This document shows, piece by piece, positions 34,831 to 42,156 of a stretch of 64,000 nt of DNA. The notes beneath the pieces were generated by a model, which was not told where the DNA came from, searched no databases, and was given only the letters and a program-made list of their open reading frames with translations. The DNA comes from Alphaproteobacteria bacterium. GTDB lineage: Bacteria; Pseudomonadota; Alphaproteobacteria; Rs-D84. A program made the translations under genes and the position numbers. The stretch spans positions 4,920-68,919 of the forward strand of contig JAFYXG010000003.1 of assembly GCA_017546265.1 (NCBI GenBank), read 5' to 3'. Position 1 is the first letter of the stretch, and every line of letters begins with the position of its first letter.

Positions 34831-36694
34831 AATCGTGTTCGTTTGATGTTGGGATGGTATGATTGTGCATGTTTGATGTGTTTAGTAGTCTGGCTGAACC
34901 TGCCCGAAATTTTTCTGCGTTTGTTGTTTTTTTATAACCCAGTTGTTGCATGATGTTGTCTGGAATGTCGTATGTTTGGGGTGGATTTGAAATAGATAAT
35001 ATGCGATTTATAAACATCAACCCGTGTTGTGATTGTGTGTAGTCTACTGCTGCGTGGTTAGAGTTGACACCATATATGTGTGTTATTTTTAGGTCTGGTG
35101 CCATGGCGTCCATAATTTCACGCCATTGTGCATCCTGGTCGTCAATCAAAACCATTTTGTCGCCCACGATCATATATCTGGCAACGATGGGGTTGTTGTG
35201 TGGTGATATGGCGGTTTCGTGAAATGATGTTTTTGCTGCTGCGTTGGTTTCGTGTTTTAAGTGCCGTTTGTCCTTTAGGTCTTCTAGTCCGCGGTCGGTG
35301 GTCATAATGTTGCGTTTGCTGTTCTGAAAAACGGTAACAAAACCAACGGTATAGTTGTTTACGCTGAGCAGATATTCGGTGTTCATGGTTCGACCTGCAA
35401 CATAGTGTTGGTTCGTTGGTGCAGTGGCAAAGCCGGTTGCATCGGTTGCATTGGTTGTGGCATATGGCAGTCCTGTGCGACCTGGTCGCCATGTTGGGGT
35501 GGCGTACGAAGATGATGGGTCGCTGGTTATAAAGGTTTGACCACGAAACAAGTATTGTGGGGATTCGGTATTAGAATAGCGTTCCCGAAATGTTTCAAGT
35601 GTTATGGTGTTTGGACCGTTTAATTTTTGTTGTATCAGGGGGAGTATGTTGGCCTGGGGTAGCTTGGTGGACCGAGATGGTTTGGGGTTAATCTGTGAAT
35701 ATGTGGCAGGTTTGATGAAGCCCTCGAATTGTGCACCGTGTTCGGCCAAGTATTGCATCAGTGTTAATATGTTTTGTCTGGCATGTTGTGGTGAATAAAA
35801 AGGTGTGATAAGTTCCAGGCATTTGTGGCCTAGGATGGTTCTGGCGGGGCGTACGATGTATTGTGATGCATCGTATCCTGTGTGCAATCCTGCATGTTTT
35901 AATAAATCTGTGAGTTGTTTTTCTGTTATGCCGGTTATGATTTGGAAAAATGAGACGGGTTCGGTTAAGCCCTGCATATTTATCATTGGTGGTGTGTTCT
36001 TTCGCAGATCTGTGCGAGTGTCGTATGTGTGTAACCACGCCCCTACTTCGGTATGCATATCGTTTGAATATGTGGTGTATGATTGTGTAAATGTGTTTTT
36101 GAGTTTAGTAATTTCTGCCACTTTTTCATCTTTTGCTCTTGTTAATGAACGTAGTTCTGATTGGTGTGAAACAGAATTGATGTTCGAATCAGTTGGATGT
36201 GCGATGCCTGCCTGGGACATCAGTTGACATAGCTCATTGTGCAGCTTGGTTATTTGCTGTTCTTTTCTGTTGAACGAGAGTTTTGCAAAAAAACCAAGCC
36301 GATTTCTAGTACGAGTTAATAGTTTTGAAAGATTGTGAAAATCAGCAGTTATATATGCTTGGGGTATGCTCTCAGGGAAAAAACTTGAAAATACTTTGAA
36401 CTTTTGTTCGATTTGCGGAATTAGTTTTTGGCGTTCCTGAATGTCTTGCAGTTGTTGTTGTGTGTTGTCTATTTTTGTTTGGATTTGATTCAGTTCTGTT
36501 TGCAGCTTGCGTATCTTGTCTGTAATTGGTTTTATATATTTGTCAAAATCGTTTTGATATTTGGTGACGATTTCTTGGATGACAGCATTACTGTCAATGA
36601 CAGGTGCAACTAACAGTTTTTTGAAATTATATTTATGAGTCTGCCCTGTAAGTTTTTTTGCTGCTTCTAGATCTAGTTTTAATTCCGTATCCAT
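34829..36694 (-). CDS. Hypothetical 621-aa cytoplasmic-type protein (N-terminal coiled coil), no recognisable family
   Basis: ATG 36694 (MDTELKLDLEAAKK) and a coiled coil (IRKLQTELNQIQTKIDNTQQQLQDIQERQ). It has no signal peptide and is wedged between tRNA genes. Confidence 0.7.
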   Translation of the reverse strand: MDTELKLDLEAAKKLTGQTHKYNFKKLLVAPVIDSNAVIQEIVTKYQNDFDKYIKPITDKIRKLQTELNQIQTKIDNTQQQLQDIQERQKLIPQIEQKFKVFSSFFPESIPQAYITADFHNLSKLLTRTRNRLGFFAKLSFNRKEQQITKLHNELCQLMSQAGIAHPTDSNINSVSHQSELRSLTRAKDEKVAEITKLKNTFTQSYTTYSNDMHTEVGAWLHTYDTRTDLRKNTPPMINMQGLTEPVSFFQIITGITEKQLTDLLKHAGLHTGYDASQYIVRPARTILGHKCLELITPFYSPQHARQNILTLMQYLAEHGAQFEGFIKPATYSQINPKPSRSTKLPQANILPLIQQKLNGPNTITLETFRERYSNTESPQYLFRGQTFITSDPSSSYATPTWRPGRTGLPYATTNATDATGFATAPTNQHYVAGRTMNTEYLLSVNNYTVGFVTVFQNSKRNIMTTDRGLEDLKDKRHLKHETNAAAKTSFHETAISPHNNPIVARYMIVGDKMVLIDDQDAQWREIMDAMAPDLKITHIYGVNSNHAAVDYTQSQHGLMFINRILSISNPPQTYDIPDNIMQQLGYKKTTNAEKFRAGSARLLNTSNMHNHTIPTSNEHD

Positions 36695-36740
36695 ATTGGG
36701 GATTGTATCACATGGTAAAAGTACTTGCAAGATATAAGAT

Positions 36741-36753
36741 TGTGATATATAAT
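36741..36753 (+). promoter_or_regulatory. Putative -10 region for tRNA-Val (TGTGATATATAAT)
   Basis: It ends 16 nt before the tRNA 5' end. Confidence 0.4.
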
Positions 36754-36769
36754 CCTGTGCTGAATATAT

Positions 36770-36846
36770 GGATGTGTAGCTCAGTTGGTTAGAGCGCTTC
36801 GTTCACATCGAAGAGGTCGTTGGTTCGAGTCCAATCACATCCACCA
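36770..36846 (+). tRNA. tRNA-Val (anticodon CAC)
   Basis: Acceptor GGATGTG/CACATCC, anticodon loop TTCACAT, T-loop TTCGAGT, encoded CCA. Confidence 0.92.
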
Positions 36847-36849
36847 AAA

Positions 36850-36878
36850 AATAACCCGCGATTTCGCGGGTGTTTTTG
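36850..36878. terminator. Bidirectional terminator (tRNA-Val / 105-aa gene)
   Basis: CCCGCG-ATTT-CGCGGG flanked by A- and T-runs. Confidence 0.75.
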
Positions 36879-36882
36879 TTGT

Positions 36883-37200
36883 TTATCTTAATCCCTTGGC
36901 ACGACAGCATGCAGAAGCCGCGGATTTCCAATCTGAATAGGTCTTGGACGGGGAACGTAAATCACGCCATGGCTGCCAGCCATTACATTTCTTGGAGGTG
37001 CCGCTGCCGGTGCATTTCGCATAACGGCGAAGTGTACAGGTTTGATTTGATACCTTGCCCGTGTCGGTTGTGCATTTTACTGTGACGTTTTGATTTTTCG
37101 CCTCGTTCTGGCCAAGTTCCTTGGACGATAATACCTGGTATGCGTTGGCGGTGTAAACCGCAGTCAGCATGATTATAAATGCAGATAACAGTTTTCTCAT
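36883..37200 (-). CDS. Small secreted 6-Cys protein (105 aa)
   Basis: Signal peptide MRKLLSAFIIMLTAVYTANA. The mature part contains six Cys (KCTTD...QTCTL...AKCTG...KKCNGW...ACCRAKG). It is the last gene of the A24-peptidase operon. Confidence 0.65.
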   Translation of the reverse strand: MRKLLSAFIIMLTAVYTANAYQVLSSKELGQNEAKNQNVTVKCTTDTGKVSNQTCTLRRYAKCTGSGTSKKCNGWQPWRDLRSPSKTYSDWKSAASACCRAKGLR

Positions 37201-37265
37201 TTCTTTTTCCCCCTGGTGTTTATATTTGGATTATAAAAAATATTTTCGGGTTTGACAATGGGAAT

Positions 37266-38897
37266 TTAATTTGTTGTCCATGGTGTGTCGTTCATAATCA
37301 AATAATACAGTTCTGTGTTGGCTGTACTGGGATTGCGTAAAATCGGACGAACAACGAAAATGTCGACATTGCATGGGGTGGTGGTGTCGTTTTGGATTTC
37401 AGTTAAATCCTGATGAAATTTTGCGGCAAAATCCATCGCCTGAAGAAAGGCGGCATCATCGTCTGCTGGATTTGTGGAATCGCCCATCCACATCAGCCAC
37501 ATGCCATAGTTTACAACATTTTCCTGGCCCACCAGGTCGTCTGCCGATAATAACAACAGTGGTGCAAAATTAGCCCCGTTGGTAAATTCATCGGTGGTGT
37601 TGTCGGTAAAGTCATACATGTCGCCCGCAAATTTAAGTATGCCCGCGGCCAACCCTGCCCCCGCCCCTACTTTGGCAACCATGCCCGCGTTGCGAAGTGT
37701 TGAATCAAACAGCCAGTTGCGAATCTGGGATGAAAATCCACTGGCACGGCCCAATTTTCGGGCACGTTTAATCATGTTGTTTCCCGTCATGGTGGATTTG
37801 GTTGCACGGGCCACGCGGGCGATTATATTTCCACGCTGGGCCAAACGCAGCCCATGACGATATTTGTTCAGGTCTGAAAATGTCTTGGTTGCATCGCGAT
37901 ATTTTCGTACATCTTCACCCGATTCCATTGTCCGAATTGTGTTATTTAATTTGTTTAATTCTGCGGTTTTGTCGGCGATTTTGACTGCATCTTTGGTGCG
38001 GTCCAGTGCTTTTATTTCATCGGTCAGACGTTCTGCGTTTCTGGTTGCACGAATGTAATCGGCAACCGCATCGGTTTTAGCTAATGTTTTTATGGTTGTT
38101 GACAGACCACGCAGTGCACGTGATGCACGGGCGGCCTTGGTCGCACCCAAAACCGCAGCGTATCCGCCAGTTGTAGCAACAGTTAAAATTACGTCCAGTG
38201 CAACCTCGGAATAGCCCAGCCATTCCAGATTGCGATCGCCGGCAACGTAGTAATCGTTTGTGTCATCGTCCAAATTTACCGTTTGGGTTGCAGCACGGTT
38301 TATTGCGTAATTATCGTTTGCTAATGCTGTGCGATTGGTGCATGTGCCACCACGTGGATACAGGGTGTCAATGTTATCCCGAATGTATTCCAATGAAACG
38401 GTATTGTTCTTGTCTGGGCCAACAAATTCGGATAATGAACCATGTTCGACAACCATAATTCCGTACCAGGCTGGGTCTGTGTTTGTCCATATTGTTCCAT
38501 CCGTTGTGTCGCCAATCCGCGGGTTTATATTCAGGTCATCTGTACTGCGTTTTTCTGATAAAGACAGGCGTTGTCGCAATAGTTTTGGTGATGTTTCATA
38601 GTTTACAGTAATATTGCGACCGCCCGGGAAAGTGTATGTGATTGGTGAAAATATAATTGGTGTGGATTCCGGTGCGTTTGCAATTTCGGGACATGATAAT
38701 ACACCGGTCAGAACGTTGCCATCGGCAAAGACGGTGCGTATCCATTCGCCGATTGTTGATTCTGAATCAGATTCGGATACCTTTGTCGCGTTCGTGGCCA
38801 GGGCGTCTGAAAATGCCCGCGATGCACATTGTGTTTCCGCCGCATGGGCAGAATAAACGAAGAGTATGGTAAATGTTAGTACAAATGTTTTTAACAT
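37266..38897 (-). CDS. Large secreted protein, family B paralog (543 aa)
   Basis: Signal peptide MLKTFVLTFTILFVYSAHA. It shares with the 684-aa neighbour WYGIMVVEHGSLSEF / WYGILVVKAGSLDEY, an Ala/Gly-rich helical middle, and C-terminal GQENVVNYGMW...PCNVDIFVVRP / GRENVVSHGAW...QCDVDVYVVQP. Confidence 0.8.
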   Translation of the reverse strand: MLKTFVLTFTILFVYSAHAAETQCASRAFSDALATNATKVSESDSESTIGEWIRTVFADGNVLTGVLSCPEIANAPESTPIIFSPITYTFPGGRNITVNYETSPKLLRQRLSLSEKRSTDDLNINPRIGDTTDGTIWTNTDPAWYGIMVVEHGSLSEFVGPDKNNTVSLEYIRDNIDTLYPRGGTCTNRTALANDNYAINRAATQTVNLDDDTNDYYVAGDRNLEWLGYSEVALDVILTVATTGGYAAVLGATKAARASRALRGLSTTIKTLAKTDAVADYIRATRNAERLTDEIKALDRTKDAVKIADKTAELNKLNNTIRTMESGEDVRKYRDATKTFSDLNKYRHGLRLAQRGNIIARVARATKSTMTGNNMIKRARKLGRASGFSSQIRNWLFDSTLRNAGMVAKVGAGAGLAAGILKFAGDMYDFTDNTTDEFTNGANFAPLLLLSADDLVGQENVVNYGMWLMWMGDSTNPADDDAAFLQAMDFAAKFHQDLTEIQNDTTTPCNVDIFVVRPILRNPSTANTELYYLIMNDTPWTTN

Positions 38898-38900
38898 TAG

Positions 38901-40955
38901 TTATTTGCTTCTGACCTGGAATGCAGGAGTAATGTTATTTTGTATAATGTACCACATGGCCTTGGCACCTGGCAGCTTTTTTGGGTTGCTGATGGCAGGT
39001 TGAACAACGTAAACGTCAACGTCACATTGTGGGTCGGTGGCATTGACTTGATTTATTGCTTCTGTTAATTCTTCGGCAAAACGTGTTGCCTCGTTTAGGG
39101 CATCGTCTTCGTTTTGTGTGCCGATTGTTTCAAATTGAATCCATGCACCATGCGATACAACATTCTCGCGTCCTTCTTCATTATCATCAGATAACAGCCC
39201 AAAACTGTTAAAACTGACATCGCCTGTTGTTGGATCTTTTAATGCTGCGGTACTGTATCCAAAAGATTTTAATAATTCGCGACCGAAATAGTTCGCACCA
39301 ACCGCACCGCCTGCAATTGCCAGGGTTTTAAAACGCTGTGACCATGTTGCACCGGGGCCCAATGCGTTTGCTGTTTTTGGAACTATGTTTTTTGCACCAG
39401 ATGCAACCAATTTCCACGGTCTCCATAGTGATGATGTCCATGATGCAGGTTTTGCTGTTGCAATAGCGGATTCTAGTGCTTTGCCGATATTGTTTAATGA
39501 TTTTGCAGTTGTGCCCTTTTTTACTGTGATACCTGCGTCTGCCAGTGCGTCTATTGCCTGGGTGCGTGTAGTTGCGTCCTTGCCTGCTTTTGCTGCTTTC
39601 GCTGCGTCTGCAGCTTTTTTTAATTTTGTGGTATTTTTTGTTAGCTTTATACTAGTGATGGCTTTTGATGATGCTTGTATTGTTTTTACACCTGCATTGG
39701 ATATTTGTACTGCTGCCTTGGCAGCAGAGGCCTCTGCACTTATTCCAAATGTTGCCAGTGCCAATGCGACTTCACCAGCAATGGCGGCCCAGCCCCAATA
39801 CACATCTTGGCCATCGTAAACGTAAAAATCACTGCCTGACCAAAAGCTATCGTTTTGATTCATTACCGTATGCGTGGCACGATTTATGACATCGTTATCA
39901 TGAGCCATGTGATTGCTGTGCGTACAGGCACGTGCCATACCGAGTGCTTTGTCAGAATTGCCTGGAAAAAACATATCTCTGTGCGATTTCATATATTCTG
40001 TTGATATTATTGGTAAATCTTTTTTTGCGTATTCATCTAAACTGCCAGCCTTGACAACCAATATACCATACCAAGGTAATAATGCCTCGAATTCATCGGG
40101 TATGTTTTCTGTGATTAGTGCAGGCTCGGTTTGGTCCTTTTGGGAGTCTGATGTGGCAGTGGTTGTTTTAGGTGCTTTGTTTTGGTTTTTTGTTAGGCTT
40201 TGGATTGTCTGCTGGCGGGTCAGATAGTCGTCCTGGCTTTCCACTGTGATCGGTTTATAGGCACTTTTATCTTTGTATGATTCATAACCCGCGGCAGAGT
40301 TCGCCATGCGTTCACTGAAGGATAAATCTGCGTAGGTGGTCGGAAATGATGCACGTTCTATGTGCTCGTTGCCCGAACCGTTCATGGACTGTAATTCCTG
40401 CAATTCTAATTTACGTTCAATCACGTCCGTTTGCCAATCCATCAGTTGGATTTTATATGGATTTTTTATCTGAGCATCCGATTCCGTTGTCCCTGCGTTC
40501 GGTGTTGTCGCATGTGGAAATGCGGTCACACCAGTTGGCATTGCGTTGCCATATTTTTGAACGTATTCATCAAACGCAGTGTCAATATAACCCGCACATG
40601 CCGTTGCATAATTGCCGTTTGGTATGCGTGATAATTGCAGCATAACCGTGGGACGGACGTCCGATAACTGGGATTCAATACAATTGTTCTGCATGGCACA
40701 GGTTGTGGCAATCAGCCCAGATACAACACGTTGACAATCGCCCGTTTCTACGTCTGGGCCGTCTGCGTAAACAGGTGTTGGCATGCGTTGATTATATGGT
40801 GCGTTTGGTGACCAATATGGGTTAGATGAATAATTCTGGACGTTTTGGATTACACCATATTTGGAAAATGGTGTGTCTGCAGCATGTGTTAGGCCACAGA
40901 ATATTAAAAACTGGGTGCAAAATATGCTTAATAATGACTGAATACGTATTCTCAT
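38901..40955 (-). CDS. Large secreted protein, family B paralog (684 aa)
   Basis: Signal peptide MRIRIQSLLSIFCTQFLIFCGLTHA. It is 3 nt upstream of the 543-aa paralog; shared motifs are listed there. Confidence 0.8.
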   Translation of the reverse strand: MRIRIQSLLSIFCTQFLIFCGLTHAADTPFSKYGVIQNVQNYSSNPYWSPNAPYNQRMPTPVYADGPDVETGDCQRVVSGLIATTCAMQNNCIESQLSDVRPTVMLQLSRIPNGNYATACAGYIDTAFDEYVQKYGNAMPTGVTAFPHATTPNAGTTESDAQIKNPYKIQLMDWQTDVIERKLELQELQSMNGSGNEHIERASFPTTYADLSFSERMANSAAGYESYKDKSAYKPITVESQDDYLTRQQTIQSLTKNQNKAPKTTTATSDSQKDQTEPALITENIPDEFEALLPWYGILVVKAGSLDEYAKKDLPIISTEYMKSHRDMFFPGNSDKALGMARACTHSNHMAHDNDVINRATHTVMNQNDSFWSGSDFYVYDGQDVYWGWAAIAGEVALALATFGISAEASAAKAAVQISNAGVKTIQASSKAITSIKLTKNTTKLKKAADAAKAAKAGKDATTRTQAIDALADAGITVKKGTTAKSLNNIGKALESAIATAKPASWTSSLWRPWKLVASGAKNIVPKTANALGPGATWSQRFKTLAIAGGAVGANYFGRELLKSFGYSTAALKDPTTGDVSFNSFGLLSDDNEEGRENVVSHGAWIQFETIGTQNEDDALNEATRFAEELTEAINQVNATDPQCDVDVYVVQPAISNPKKLPGAKAMWYIIQNNITPAFQVRSK

Positions 40956-40976
40956 TTCCGGGTCCCTGTGCGTATA

Positions 40977-41438
40977 TTATATCAAAAACGTCATGCCAAT
41001 CAAAGATAAAAATCCACCCAGTAAAAAGAATGGTGCAAATGGAATGTATTTTTGTTTTTGAATACGTGACCATATCAGACCTGTTATGCATGAAATTACC
41101 AATGCAAATGACAGACCCGTTATGCCCAGCCATATGCCCCCAACCCCAATCAGTTTTATGTCGCCCATGCCAATTGGCGCGGTTCCCGATTTGCGTGTTA
41201 TGTGTTCAAAAACATAACCCAATGTGGCCGCCATGATATACCCAAATGTCCCACCAATAATGCCAGAATATATGTCAATCGGATATGAAAAATATCCAGT
41301 CAGTATCAGTTCCATCAGCATCAGTGGAAATAAATATACGTCTGGTATAATGCGTTGTCGAAAATCTGAAATAGATATCCGGACCGACAAATATGCCGAA
41401 ATCAACAATAAAATAGTAAAAAAGATGTATGAATTCAT
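40977..41438 (-). CDS. Type IV prepilin peptidase-like aspartic protease (A24 family, TadV/CpaA-size, no methyltransferase domain)
   Basis: 153 aa and polytopic. The two catalytic-Asp motifs are SDFRQRIIPD and GMGDIKLIG. Confidence 0.8.
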   Translation of the reverse strand: MNSYIFFTILLLISAYLSVRISISDFRQRIIPDVYLFPLMLMELILTGYFSYPIDIYSGIIGGTFGYIMAATLGYVFEHITRKSGTAPIGMGDIKLIGVGGIWLGITGLSFALVISCITGLIWSRIQKQKYIPFAPFFLLGGFLSLIGMTFLI

Positions 41439-41511
41439 ATTTTTCTTCCTTGCCTTTCGAATCGGAACTGTGCTATGCTGTTATTATAAAGTATAACAGG
41501 GGTTTTGTAAA

Positions 41512-42129
41512 ATGAGTAAAGGCTGGGATAATATCGCACTGAAAAAATTAAAAGCACTGACCGGTAAAGGGTTATCTACATCCGAAATCGGTAAGCGGTT
41601 GGGGATGTCAAAAAATGCCATTGTGGGTAAGTTAAATCGCCTGGGGTGGAATGCCAAGGCCACTAAGGAAGATGATAAAAAAGCCGCAACTGCAAAAAAA
41701 GGTTCAGTCGCTAAGGCAGATACCAAGGCAGAAAGTGTAAAAAAATCTGTGACCAAAGGAACGACAACTAAAAAAACGGAAGCTGTCAAAAAAGATACTG
41801 TAAAAACTAAATCAGGTGATACCGTAAAAGAGGTCGCCGGGACTAAGGTTGCTGAAAAAAATACAAAAAAAACAAAGACGGCAGAAAAAGTGCCTGCCGG
41901 AACAAAAGTTAGTGCCAAAGTAAGTGCAAAAAACTTGGCGGTGCATCAAAGAATTGTTCAGCACGCATTGGAAATGGCAAATCTGAAAAGTAATCAGTGT
42001 CGTTGGCCAATTGGCGACCCGGATTCTGAACATTTTCATTTCTGTGGGGAAACGGTCTTTGTCGGTAAACCGTATTGCTATGAACACTGTAAGCAGGCTT
42101 ACCAGTTCGCACCACCTAAGAAAAAATAA
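41512..42129 (+). CDS. gcrA: GcrA cell-cycle regulator
   Basis: N-terminus WDNIALKKLKALTGKGLSTSEIGKRLGMSKNAIVGKLNRLGW, a Lys-rich linker, and C-terminus CRWPIGDPDSEHFHFCGETVFVGKPYCYEHCKQAY. Confidence 0.9.
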   Translation: MSKGWDNIALKKLKALTGKGLSTSEIGKRLGMSKNAIVGKLNRLGWNAKATKEDDKKAATAKKGSVAKADTKAESVKKSVTKGTTTKKTEAVKKDTVKTKSGDTVKEVAGTKVAEKNTKKTKTAEKVPAGTKVSAKVSAKNLAVHQRIVQHALEMANLKSNQCRWPIGDPDSEHFHFCGETVFVGKPYCYEHCKQAYQFAPPKKK

Positions 42130-42156
42130 TCGTAGTCAAATATAGGGAAAATTCAC

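Noticed and set aside
34439-34953. Listed ORFs of 83, 62 and 86 aa overlapping the tRNA cluster
   Set aside because: They are fully explained by three canonical tRNA genes and the following terminator.
34829-36694. ADP-ribosyltransferase R-S-E motif in the 621-aa protein (YLFRGQ...SDPSSS)
   Set aside because: The spacing between the Arg and the Ser-rich stretch is only about 8 residues, and no downstream [QE]-x-E motif lies at the expected distance. The resemblance is likely coincidental.
36883-40955. The three downstream proteins as prepilin-type (class III signal) substrates of the A24 peptidase
   Set aside because: Their N-termini look like ordinary Sec/SPase I signals (hydrophobic core followed by AHA/THA/ANA). 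They lack a short charged leader ending in Gly before the hydrophobic segment. A functional link to the peptidase therefore remains only positional.
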